Source: Paraspadella gotoi (taxonomy: Eukaryota > Animalia > Chaetognatha). From it: DNA of 64,000 nucleotides. The position numbers were made by a program, and so were the translations under genes. The notes beneath the pieces are model-generated. The model made no database searches. It was not told the origin of the DNA and worked only from the letters and a program-made list of their open reading frames with translations. The stretch covers positions 11,335,434 to 11,399,433 of the forward strand of contig CM119271.1 in the NCBI GenBank assembly GCA_051294375.1. Direction: 5' to 3'. This document shows positions 28,801-43,002 of the stretch, piece by piece; positions within the stretch are counted from its first letter, which is position 1; the number at the start of each line of letters is the position of its first letter.

Positions 28801-30124
28801 GGGGCCTCGCCACGCGGCCTCAGCCATATGGCGCCTCAACCACTGGGCGCACTCGCCACCGCCATCTCACCACTGGCCCTCGCCGTCCTCAGCCACATTG
28901 TGCCTCAAGCCACTGGGCGCACCTCAACCACTTGAGGCGCCCATACCACCCTGGTGCCTCAACCACGCGCCTCAACGCCACGCGCCTCAACATCACACTG
29001 GGCGCCTCCACCACGCTCGCCTCAATCACACTGGCCGCCTCAGTCCATGGCGCACTACGCCAACGCAGACTCTAACTCACTGGCGGCGCCCAACCATCTG
29101 GGCGCCTCCGCACGCGCATCAACCACTTGGACCGCTTTCAATCAACAGGGCGCCTCAATCACTTGGCACCCCAGCACTGCGCCTCAACTTGGCGCCTCAA
29201 ACACTGGGCACCTCACAGCCACGCGCCCTCAATCCACTGTCGGCACCTAGCACACGCGCCTCAACCACTGGTGTCCGCCTCAACACTGTGGCAGCATTCA
29301 ACCAGCTGGGCGCCTCCCGCCACGCGCCTTCAAATCCACTGGGACGCCTCCAACTCAACTGAAGCGCCTCAATCACTGAGGGCCCCACGCCACGCGCCTC
29401 AACCACGAATACCCACTTTTCTTTGCTCCGGCGTCAGACGGATTCCGTCTCCAAAGTTCACACCGGGGACTCTGGCCAATTTCTTGTCACGGGTCAGGGA
29501 GAAAAATTTACACGTTATTGTAAACGATATATAAGTCAAAAGAAATTATTGATTTTTACCGGCTACTTTTTAAAAAGATAACTTTATGTAGTAATATTGT
29601 TAATTTTTTAGGTAAATATAACACCGATATAATTAATTGTATAATATATCTGTTAAAATATAATACTTTTTTAATATTATTTATTTAATAAATAGAAATT
29701 ACAATTATACTATTTTTCCCAATTACCTTTTTTTTTTCAATTTCTTTATATTTCTGTTTATTTTTAATTTTTTTTTACGAAAAAAATTTAATCTTCGCGT
29801 AGAAATTTCAATTTGAACTCTTTTTTTCTTGAACTTAGAAAGGCGCCCCCGGCGGAAAAGGCCTAAATCATGGCCTAAAAATTTGGCTAGAGAAAAAGGT
29901 CCTAGAATACTGCCGAAAAACAAACCAACCTCGGCTCCTGAGCCATCAAAAAATCCTAGGACAAGAAAAAAAAATAAACAAAGAAGAAATTTTTTTTTTT
30001 ATCGAAATTGGATGGAAAGAACAGCAGAAGCAGCGTGCAGCGGGGTCGCCGCGTTTCAGCCGCAGAGGCGGCGGCTTCTCTGAGAAGGCGGTGTTTCTCT
30101 CTCATCTCTCTCTCCTCTCTCACA

Positions 30125-30155
<31 letters not shown>

Positions 30156-33100
30156 TCTCTCTCTCTCTCTCCTCTTTTTAGTCGTCTCTGTCTCCTCTCT
30201 CCTCTCTCGTCGTTTGTCTTTCTCGTCNNNNNNNNNNNNNNNNNNNNNNNNNCCCTCCCTCTCTCCCTCTCTCCCTCCTCCTCCACCCTCAGAACATTTC
30301 GCCAAACTGATAGAGGTGGGCATCAACGAGAAGACCTCCGCCGAATTGGATCGACTTTTCTTAGAAAAGAAAATCTCGGCGTCGGATCTTGACGAGAGGG
30401 CGCTGGACGCGTTGAAGGAGTTCGAGGTGGAAGGAGCAGTCTGCGTCTTGAGGCAACTCGCTTCCGACGGTGAGACCCGTTGTCGTTGTTGTTGTTGTTG
30501 TGGTTGTTTTCGTTTTTGTTCTTGATGTGGTTGTCTTCGTTGTTGTTGTCAATGTTGTTGTTGTCGTTCTTCTTCTTCTTCTTCTTCTTCTTGTCGTTGT
30601 TGTGGTCATTGTTGTTGTTGTCTTTTTTGTTGTTGTTGTTGTAGTCGTAAACGTTCGTCGGTAAAAAATTTTATGACAGCCGTTTCTTTTCAATACGTCA
30701 ATGAATCAATCAATCAATCATTAGTAAATTAATTATTGAACAAATCCCGGAATTTACGAAGGTGTCAATCAGTCAATGAATTGTTCCATCAATCAATCAA
30801 ATCAATCATTCAATTAATTAAATTATTATTATGAAAGAATGAATGAATGAATGAATGAATGAATGAATGAATGAATGAATGAATGAATGAATGAATCTGT
30901 CTATGTTTTATCAATCAATCAATCAATCGCCAGGAAACCTAGATCACGTGACCAACAAGAGCGCCTACCTCTGCGGAGCGATCAAGACGTACAGACAGAA
31001 GCTGCGAATGGCTGGCGCCGGCGCGGCCTCCGCCATCGTCTCGGTCAAAGGACCGGACGAGGAAAAGCTCAACGTGAGTTCAGCTAAACTCTTTACTTTT
31101 GATTTTTGCCTTTCTCGCTGTGCATACATCTGTCGGAAGCTTATTCTCTCTCTCCCCAGTAGTTTTGGAAAATTCTGTATTATATTAGGACTAAGCTCTG
31201 ACGAACAAAGCCTGAGGTTTTTTTAATATATTCTTATACCGCCCAAGGTAGAATGATGGCAATATTGTTAATATTAAGTTTCAAAAAAATCCGACCATAA
31301 ATATAGAAAATATTAACCAAAATCTTCGGAAAATTCACCCCTTCTTTGGAACATTTTCGCCATAGAAGATTTTTCCCGAATCGTTAGCTCCTCTTTTACT
31401 TTTACTTTAAATAAAAATTTCACCAAAATAGACTAATTCACTTTACCATGATCGTATCATATCAAAATAACCAAATAAAATGTAAAGAAAAATTTTGAGA
31501 GCCCTTCAGACACTTTGCCAAAGGATTCCAAAATTTGACCTCATTTGTTGAACAGAAACATATCTCAGTCGCGTTTATATCGTTTTCAAAGAAAAAAATC
31601 CCTTTCATTTCAATATAAAATCAGAGATGAAAAATTTTTCCATCCAGAAGCAGTCTATTTGTTCTGGCTTGTTTGATATCAAGATGTTGATGATTTGACA
31701 AGAGAAAAAAAATGCGAGCCCTTCAGATGCAACAGGATCGGAATCAAGTGTTTTTACATCGATATTTTACCAGAATTTTTACCAGGAGCGTTTATATTGT
31801 TGGGTAGTCAGATTTGAACGAAAATCTCCATTGAAAAAGTCTTCCTCGATCTCTAAGAACGACGTAGACTCCTATCAAATTCTAAAATTAATTCCAAGCT
31901 GATATCGGTAAAGATTCTTTCTAGGAGCAGTGTTTATCTGCAAAAGAGCATTTGTTCGCTCCGGTTTTATAATAAGACCGCTCTGCCAGCGTTATTCTGT
32001 ACAATGTCGTTATTGTTAACCATTAAAAAGTTATTATTTCGTCCCTGAATCAAACTAAATCAAACTATAGTATATAGGAAAAATGACTTTTATAATATAA
32101 TAATAGTTTAAGAAGAAGGGGATAAAACTGTAATAAAATCATTTATATTTATGTATAAACATTGTCCTTGTTAAAAAAAATTTGTCTTTTATTAAATAAT
32201 AATTATACTTATTGTTATTTATCATTTTACTATATAAGATCGGATTTTATATTAATTTTTCTTCAAAAATATGTTCAGACTGAATTTCAGTAAAGCAAAC
32301 CAAAAAATAGCGATTAATCTCTAAATTTTTTTCCTATAAAAAACAGAAAAAAACTATTAAAAATCACAACATGCAGCTACTAAAAACTCATAAAATTATT
32401 AATAAAACGTAAAAAATATTATTAATAAAATATATGTTATTAAAAAAAACTAAACTCATCATCAGATTTCATATGTAAAATATGCTCTTTTTATGAAAAA
32501 TTCGCAAATATTCGCCAGGTTCGCTAATATCTTTTGTTCTTTTTGACCGGCTTGACCAGTAGGGTGGAGTGATGAAAAGATTGAGCGATGGAACTATGTT
32601 TTTTGCTGCCTTTGTATATAAAACTGAAAAACTTTTGTAAAATATGTTACATGATATTTTTAGGTTAAAGCTGTAAAAAATGACCAAAATGTTTCATCAT
32701 ATAATAGTTTCTACTACAAAGTGTAAAAAAAGTGGAAAATTTAACCTTTTTTTTCATTTTTGACGCTGAAAACATTAAAATTTTTTATAACATATTGAAG
32801 AAACAGTAATTATTATTATATGTTAGTGACAGAACCGTTCAATATAAGCAGTCCCTGAGCTTCGGATCAGGCTGTAACACCATGTTACAGGCGGGTTAAG
32901 CGCCCCATCCCTCTTAACTGCAAGGCGGCCACCGGGCTAAAACCCCGCACCAATGGCCGCTGATGAACGGATGGTGGATTTTAGTCCACCATAATATTTT
33001 ATATTTTTGATCTAACTTTTTATGAAGAATCAGAATGTTTAATAAAAATTTTAAAAAAATATTTTGAAAATTTATGATTTTATAAGAATATTACTATAAA

Positions 33101-36100
33101 TATATTGTAATTAATGATACTGTTCCCCAAACAATATAAGCAAAATATTTTTGTACTCCTTAATCATACTATCTCACGTTTAAATATCCTTGTTTGATCA
33201 CTCAAATAAAATTTATGTTCCCCAGTGCTCCACTCTATTGACCAGTCTTTAACATTAAAAAGATACGAAATGACGCATTTGATCTCGGGATCTTTTATGT
33301 TCGATCCATTAAACTTAAATATTTTTATACGAAAATTATTTATTTATACATCTGATTAAGTATGCCAACGTTTTTGATAAAATTCAATATCTGTATATTT
33401 TGGGTCTAACAATATCATCTTTTATTAAACATTAATGTATTTTGCACATGACTGTTCACTAAGGCGGAACAACTAACAGAAGTCCGGTATAAATATTATT
33501 AATGTGTTTATTAAAGATCGTAAAAAAATTAAGATTTATCTTATAGTTAAACGCATGGAAACTATTTTATATTATCCGAATACTATAATGTAAAAAAAAT
33601 TTTTAAGAAATTTTAATTTTTTTTACGGATTCTGATAGAGCTTGAAAAGTTAGTTATTACAACTTTTTGGAATTTTAATAATGTATTTATGAAAATTAAT
33701 AAAAACTATAAAATTTAAAGAATGATGATGATGATTTTTTAAGGTTTTTTTAAATTTTAGCCTATTTATCATTAAATTTTTGAAATTTGTAGTACTAACT
33801 TTTATCTAACTTTTTAATCTTTATCAGAATCCATTTTTAAAAATTGGAATTTCTTTAAAAAAATTTTAAGAATTTTTTATATATTGTTAAATATTAAAAT
33901 GCTTCCATGCGTGAGGAAAATTAATTTAATCAAAATTTAATATCATAAGTCAATTTAGCTTGAAAAGGACAAAAGACTTTTATTGCAGACTTTTTCAGAT
34001 TGTAAAAAATGTTAAATTTTGGCCCGCCTTACTGTTCACCCTATAAAATATATATAACTATAACTGCGCTGTAGTGTTTATGTTTTGCATATTTTTGTGC
34101 GTCTTTTGATAACTTTTTTTTATTCGACTTTACTGTATTTGTCTCCAAAAAGCAATTTTTTGAACAAATTAATGGTGTCTTGTAAACGATCATTTTCAAA
34201 CTTCTTTGGCTCGTCCGCAAAACGTCGTGCCAACTCGACGCAAAAGTGATGTCCAGTTCGATTAGATGAGTCGAAAGCTTTCTCCAGCTGCCGGCTGTCA
34301 TACACCCAATCAAGTATATCGGCCAACGTCTGTGGCGGGTGTCGTTTTGCTGATCCACTGTGAACTATAGAAATAGCACCTCGTTTTGACCCTAAGAATA
34401 AGAAAAAAAGACATGGGATTTCTGAACGGAACCCAGGTGGTTAAAACATACAAAACGTTAGAAAGCACTACCATCAGATTTTAGAGCCATGATCTCGTCT
34501 TTTTGGCGTCCAATTCGCAGAGAAATGTAAGCAGTTCCCAGTTCCATTGTGGCCCAAATGGTTTCTCCGTTACCTATGTTAAAATAAAATAGCCTTTTCT
34601 TATATTGGGTGTAAAGCTTACTATAGCATCGCTGATGGAATCGGATCCGCGATGAAATCCGCCGAGGACTCTCTGATTGGTGAATCATCATCGAAACGGA
34701 CCAATGAGAGGAGAGGCTTCATGCCATCGGGAAACGAGACCGGGTCGATGATCCGATCGTATGGTATAAATACTTGACCATTTTGTATTGAATCCATCTG
34801 AATCCATTCTGACTCCGTATTCGCTTGTCATATTTCTCAGAATAAAATCCACTTTGGTTTCATGTTGAAATCTCTGTCTACTTAGTTGAATGTGGTGGCA
34901 GTTGTGAGACTAAATATTACTTTTATGAGGGTCCTTCGACTAAATCTCAGGGGGAAAAAAATCACTTTGCTGCTTCATTTCAGGATTAATTATTATTCTT
35001 CCTAATAAAAATTGATTAATGAGCTACTTAAATTTAAACTCTTTCGCACTCTATTAATTCATTTATTCATAATATTTATTTTATATTTATTACGCTAATA
35101 GTTTAAAAATATAATATATTATAATATTATCGTAATGTTGCTACTGTAGTCCATAGGTGTTGCATTTCAGTATTAAGCTATGCTGTACTAATATATTTTT
35201 GTGCATACCGCACACAAACATTTTACGGCAAAAAAATTTATTTTAAAGTAGAATATTTTTAAACGCTTCTTTTGTATTTTTAATCATTTTTTCCCATAAA
35301 TTGCTGATTGGAAGGCTAAATATTTTGGAATACGCTGTTTATTTTTTAAATATAAATACACTATAATATACAGGGTAGTGAATCAAAACTTAGAATAGTA
35401 TATAAATTTGTATATAGATACAAAAGCAACTGAAACGAAAGAAAGTTTCGGCGACTCATTTTTTTCCTACATGGAACTACAGTGTGTCCCATTGGTACTG
35501 TCGCTTAACTTTCACTTATTGTACCGAACTGTGTTATTAAATGTTATTTCTGAGATAACACTGGCAAAGATAAGTTCTTACCATTTATGATACTATATTT
35601 CGAATTCAATTTTTATCAATTTTTCTTTGCAGAACATTCAATTTAAATGAGTCCTCATTTCTCACTTTTTTAATTTTTAGATATTTTTTTTTACTTTAAA
35701 ATAAATTTTATTTAAAAAATTATGCAAAAAAATATTTTAAATAGATTTAAATTATTTAAATTATAATTTGTATAAGATAAGTGCATTAATAAAAAGAAAT
35801 AAACAAATATTTAAAAAAATATAAAAGTTGATTAAAATATGCTAATTAATTTGTTGGACATAAACTCTCGTCCTAATCCGTCGATCTTATTTACCTTTTG
35901 TAATCGATATTTGTTTACAAACAATACAGTTCATTATTATTTCAATGCTTTGTTCAGTAATGATTCCATTCGTTACAGATCGCATTAATATTAATTAGCC
36001 ATCGTCGAGGTTTATGGTTTATGGTTTAGAGTTTGTTATTGCGGTTTTATATTATTCGAATAGTGGCAAAGCCGAGCTTACTTGAGAGGTCTTTATTTAT

Positions 36101-39100
36101 TGATTCATTACCGATGCTTACTTTTGCTTACCTCCAGTTCATGATCCTTAAAGACTCGATCCTACATGCGTTATAGATACTCTCAGAAGGGTGAACAAGA
36201 GACGGAAAACCCCGCTCATCAAATTTAATATTTAAATTTTATTATTTGAAGTTGTGAGCGATTGATTCATTAAGCCAGAACAAAATTGTTGCTATTTATT
36301 CAATAAATTATTATTAAATCAATTCAAAAAGTAATAAGAACAAGGTGAGTAGATAATTTTAAAAATAATGATTACTGAATTATAAGAGCTCTGGAGCTAA
36401 AAATATGAGTTAATTTGTTACTGTCCAGCATCTAAAGAAAAGATTTAACTCATTATTTAATCAATATTATAAAAAATATTTGATAAATATTAAAAAATAT
36501 ATAATTTAAGATTTTTTTTAGTAGAAATAAGTTTGAGTTTATTTTTTTTTAAAAATCACTGAAAAAAGTTTTATACCACTTGCTTTATGTAATAAATACA
36601 GGAGTTTGCTTTGTTCAATTTTTGAAATTTAGGTATCCTATAAAATGGTCCATACTTGTGCGCATATTCATTATAATAAATTAAAGTTTTTCGATCTGGT
36701 ATAGGAGCAGTAAAATTTTCTTAACAGACAGTACCATTGGGACATACCAATGAAGGAAGTGGGCGCGGTTTATTAAAAATAAAAATAAAAATAAATCTTG
36801 AATAATGAAAATGGATAAGTGCGGAAATTGATACGTATGTAGTGCCTTTTGTTCCTACACGTAAACTAATTTTGAAAAAAATTTACTTGTATTCATACAC
36901 AACGGAATGTATGTTGAATTTGTGCATAGTGCCAGCTAAAAAAAATCGTAAAAAGCTCACCTTCTGAATCTGACATGTTCTTGAATTCCAGGGCAGCGAA
37001 ACCTTTTTTTCTGAATGAAAGTGGATCGAGAATCCCGAAGATTCCAGCAACCCCCATGCAAATGCCTCCCAAAGAGCTGATTTCATTTGCAGTGTTTACA
37101 TTGAATTGATTTCCAAGCATTTGTAAACCATCTCCGTATTGCCAGCAGTGTTTCGCGATTCGCTTTATGCTTTCCCACGTGAAACCTACTCCTTTCAGTT
37201 GCTCATAAATCTGTCCAATGGTGACGGTTTCGTTTTTAAAAAGATCCACGACATTGGAAAATGCCTCGGAGACGGATGCTCCGTTAAAGATTCTCGATCT
37301 CGCAACCAGAGGTAAAGCTGCGAATGCTGCTTTAGCAAAGCTAAAAAAGCATTTCACCCATGGCGAAACAGTCTCAGAATCGGCGTCGATCGGATCATTT
37401 TCATGGTCGGCATCTGATTTTGTTCCTCCTATCTTTCTTCTAACCCCAACGCCGAAGTAGTATAGATCTTCTAACAGATTGAAGGCAAAGTTTGCCGCAG
37501 TGATATACGTGGAGAAATAAAAAAAAGAGACAACAGTGACGACGCCGCTAATGATGGTTGTCACGTAGTAGATCGTGGAATCGACCGAGGATTGCAGATG
37601 GTATAAGTTAACCAGTTTAAGATCCTTAGTGTGAACTGTGATCTCCTCATCTTCGGTCGAGGCGAAAAAAAATTGTTATTACGAAATCGTATTTATATAT
37701 TTTACGTATTACGAGTGGCAATACATCTTTAATAAATAAGCCCTAATATCACCAGTCAATTAGTAGTATTAGTAGTAATCTCAAAAATCTTTAAATGCTT
37801 CTATTATGGCAACAGCCGGGTTGCCTGTGATGCCCATTGGGATGGGGAATCTCACTGTTGACTTTTGGGGCTTCCGACCCTCAGTGACGCATCAAGTCAC
37901 TGGCGCGGTTACCCTAGGACGGTCTCGCTTTGCCAACGTAGAGGGAAGTTGTTAGGACTGTGGTTGAAACACTACGTCTGGGTTGGTGTGCTCCCCCTCT
38001 GAGCCAATGGATTTGGCTTAACGATGGTGGACGTGAGGCAGTGTGTTATTTAGTATACTATGGCAACAGCCGGGTTGCCTGTGATGCCCATTGGGATGGG
38101 GCATCTCACAGTTGGCTTTGGGGGCTTCCGACCCTCGGTGACGCCTCCAGTCACTGGCGCGGTTACCCTAGGACGATCTCGCTTTGCCAACGCAGAGGGA
38201 AGTCGTTAGGACTGTGGATGGAACACTACACTTGGGATGGTGTGTTCCCCCTCTGAGCCAATGAATTTGGCTGAACGATGGTGGACGTGAGGCGGTGTGA
38301 TATACCGCCACAATACATTGATTTTCATTATCCTTCACTTGCGTTCAGTCAATCAATCCGTCAATGCGGCTCTTTTGGCGTAAGATTACAATATGATATT
38401 GGAAAACCAATATTAAAATTATCTATTCTATTTAGCTAATACCGAACAGATAAATAACAAACCGTAAGTTAATCATTAAATATATGTTTTATACTTGTGT
38501 AATAACGTGTAATTATGGAAGTCACTTTCATAATTTCATTTACTTTATTAGGTGTAAACATTAAAAAAATTAAACTCATTTTTTACTCACTGGTGATTTC
38601 GTCCGAACAACTTTGAAGGTTTTGAAGTTTTGCATAAATTCTTTGTCTCCCGACGTTACATGGCTCCATTTTCCCGTAGTTTCCATTACTCTTTGGTTTA
38701 CGTTTCTGCATTTTTTCGCCTTGTACATAGAAATGCGCAGTTCTTCTCGCCATTGGCCAGCCATGATGATGTACCTTATCCATAAAATTTTTTTAGTCGG
38801 ATCTGCTGAAAGCAGATCCCGACTCTATAATTCACTTTGTCGGTCCGTCGGTCCGCCCCCTCAATAATGACGGGCAACCACATATATCATGTCCGTCAGT
38901 CTGTCTGTCTGTCCGTCCGTCCTACCTTAGAAAAAAGTCCAATTACTCGTGATTGGATGGATGGATTTGAATGAAATTTTGTGTGTGGGTAGGGAAGTGT
39001 GTGATTGAGCTGGATATAAAGTTTCGATGGAATCGTCCGAGTGGAAATGAGTTTAAATGGAAAAAACAAAAAAATATAATTCACTATTTGAACACCAATT

Positions 39101-41377
39101 GCTCATGAGTGTATGGGGCGATTGACCTGGAATTTTGTATGTGAGTAGGAAAGTGTGTGATTGAACAGGAAACCAAGTATCGTTGGAATCGTTTGAGTGG
39201 AAATGAGTTTAAATGGAAAAAAACAAAAAACCTGTTTCACTAATTGTTATGATTTTTTTTCCTTTTATATTAAATGTATATGCAGGATGTATTAATAAAT
39301 CAAATAATTAATCAGTTAATTAATCAATTAGTCAATTAATTAATTACTAATTAATTAATCAGTCAATCAATCCGTCCATCCGTCCCACCTTAGCAAAAAG
39401 CCCCAATAACTCGTGATTGGCTGGTTGGATCGGAATGAAATTTTGTGTATGGGTAGGAACATGTGTGATGAAGCTGGATATAAAATTTCGACGGAATCGT
39501 ATGAGTGGATATGAGTTTAAATGGAAAAAACATAAGTCTCATTTACTAAAATATTTTTACTTATTTTTACCAATAAATACTCTAATTAATCATAATTGGA
39601 TGGATAGATTGAGTTCAAATTTTGTATGTGGGTAGGAAAATGTGTGACGAAGCTTGATATAAAGTTTCGGTACGAGTGGAAATGAGTTTAAATGAAAATG
39701 TCGGATCTGCCTACGATAATTAATTAATTAATTAATCGATTAATTAATTAATTAATTTCAATATGTAATAATTAATTTTAAATTTATATTCAACTTATCA
39801 TCATCGATGTCCTTAAAATTGGGTTAGGACAGTTATTAAATATGTTTTGTTTACATTTTATCAAAACAAACAAATATCCTCTATTTTATTTTATGTCTCC
39901 TTCTCTCTCTCTCTCTTACTTTCTCTCTCTCTCTCTCTCTTTTTATGCAATTGCGACGATCTTTATGCTTTTAAGATTTTTTAACTTGTATCATTTTTTC
40001 ACATTAATTATTATTATTAGTAATCATTAATATTAAAGATTCAAGTAAATGTGACTTATGTTTTTTCCATTTAAACTCATTTCCACTGGCTCAATTCTGT
40101 CAAAACTTTATATAATTATTATATATTAATAAATAATTATACATTTAATATAAAAGGAAAAAAAATCATAATCAATTAGTGAAACAGGTTTTTTGTTTTT
40201 TTCCATTTAAACTCATTTCCACTCAAACGATTCCATCGAAACTTGGTTACCTGTTTAATCACACACTTTCCTATTCACATACAAAATTTCAAGTCAATCG
40301 CCCCATCCACTCATGAGCAATTGGTGTTCAAATAGTGAATTATATTTTTTTGTTTTTTCCATTTAAACTCATTTCCACTCGGACGATCCCTTCGAAACTT
40401 TATATCCAGCTCAATCACACACTTCCGTACCCACACACAAAATTTCTTTCAAATCCATCCATCCAATCACGAGTAATTTTTTTTTTTTTTTGCTAAGGTG
40501 GGATGGATGGACGGATGGACAGACGGACGGACGGACATTATTTTTTTTGCATAATTTATCATAATTCGATGTTCTGACATGATATAAGTTAGTGCCCGAC
40601 AATATTGAGGGGGCGGACCGACAGACTGACAAAGTGAATTATAGAGTCGGGATCTGCTGATAAGCAGACCCGACTAAAAAGGCGGCTATTATCACGAATA
40701 CAAAGTGGTCAAATGTGATTGACTGATTGTGTCAATACTGTTTTTGGTATTAATAAAGAAAAATGTGATTGACCTAACAGAGAGAGAGAGGCGAGGCATA
40801 ACATTTTCTTCAAAAATAGTTATTTTAAATCTAAATAAAAAAAAAATAAATAAATAGAGTGAAACAAGTAATTTTGCAATTTTCATAAACATAAAAAAAT
40901 CATTCTTTATTTTTTTATAATTTTATTAGTTTTTCCTGATTTTAACAGAAAAGGTTTAACAATTTTTAAAGAGTGCATTTATATTTTTGATTTAACTCGC
41001 TCGCTCGCGAAATCGCCAGCGAGCCTTCCGCTCAACCCTAACTCTAAACCGGGCCCCAAATTCCCTCGTTCAATCTTTGAGTTTTTCGCTTTTGAGTAAA
41101 TGTGACGGAACTAGTGACAGGAAAATCCAGCAGTTGCCATAATTAAAAAAAAAAAAAATCTTCATTCCGACTTTCAGTTTTAAACGTTACTTTTCATTAT
41201 TTTATTAATATTATTTTTTTAAAGAACATACCTTGTTCAAAATATATGACTGGTGAGTTTAAAATGAATCTGTCCTGATCAAGACGTAAGTGACTTCGAG
41301 AAGAAAAAACACGAGGCGGGAACTTATCTTATTACAAATCACAAAGTATTGCGTCGGGGTTTCCAGAGAAGTTCCTT

Positions 41378-41417
<40 letters not shown>

Positions 41418-42961
41418 GGTGAAAAAGATTTTTCAGTATTTTTTCAAATGTTTTTTTTTTGTATTATAGGTTTAGCTGTAGAACAATCGTCTGCTTCAAA
41501 TGCATTCAATTTCTATCCAGGCCCTCCTCGCCCGGACGGGCTACTCCCTCGAGATCACCACCGGCCAACGCAAGTACGGAGGTCCGCCCCCCGAATGGCT
41601 GGAAGACGACCCGCCGCCGCCGACCGGCGCCGAAGTCTTCGTCGGGAAGATCCCCAAGGATATGTTCGAGGACGAGTTGGTCCCTCTATTCGAGCAGGTC
41701 TTAAAATTGGGAAGGGTGATTAAATCGTCATTTTATAATTTATGTAATACTAGAATCATATACTTGTTTGTTTTTGTTAAGAAAAGTATATACATTATAC
41801 AGTTTACTGGACTTTGAGGGAGTATTGATTTAATGATTTTATGGTTTATACCTGTTATTATTTCTTATATCCACTTTAATCTACTTTATAGTCCACTTTA
41901 TACTGTCCAAACTTTGGACCAAAGTCAAACTAATGATCATGAAGTGAAAGTTTGGAATAAAAATTTAGAAATTATATATTCAAAACTATTTTATTAGTGA
42001 ATATTAATCTTTTATTTTTTACTAATAAGTCAGCTTATTTTGTATATAGTACTACCTCTATATAATATCAATATTTCAAAATATTTGTTTATAAATTCTA
42101 AGAACAGATTAAGATCCTAATAAAAAGTTGATATAAGAATATATAAATCTTTAGAATTATGTTATTAAGTAGTTTAAAATTTAAAAAGGCTTTTAAAAAT
42201 TGGTATTTTAAATATAGTTTTTATATTTTTAACCAACTTAATGAAAGAATTTTTGAGAATGAATTATATTTTTTATTATTATTAAAAAATGCAATTTTTA
42301 AATTTCAGCCTATTATATACTTATTACTGAATAACTATAGAAAAACGGTGCCCAGTAATATATAAAACTAAAAAATAAATTTACCAAAATATTTTTATGG
42401 GTTTTATGTACTAAATTTTATTTTTATGAAATTTCATTATTTTCACATCACTCTAATGTACAATATAAGAGCAGAGTCACTTCTGCAATCAAAGGGGAAG
42501 TGACTGGAAACGGAAACATTCTTGCGGTCGTGCTTAGAATGATAAGTGAACACTTCAGACGTGAGATACAGTATCTGAAATACGACCGTTGAATTAAGGT
42601 GTGCACGCTAAAAATAGCTCGATGATTCGTTGGAAACTTCGTGATTGAATTTAAAATTAGGCGCGGGCTGAGAAAAGTTAGATAAATATGCGAGCGACCG
42701 ACGAATCAAGAAACAAGCCTACGATAATTAATTAATTAATTATTAATTAATTATTAATTAATTATTAATTAATTATTAATTAATTATTAATTAATTAATA
42801 ATTATTAATAAATAATTATTAATAAATAATTATTATTAATTTATTAATTAATTAATTTTTAATTAATTAATTAATTAAAAATTAATTATTAAAAAATTAT
42901 TATTAATAATTTATTAATTAATTAATTTTTAATTAATTAATTAATTATATTTTATTTTATG

Positions 42962-43002
<41 letters not shown>

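Noticed and set aside
32960-32995. Hammerhead core CUGAUGA
   Set aside because: No GAAA after stem II and no NUH before stem I. Kept only as part of the unexplained structure.
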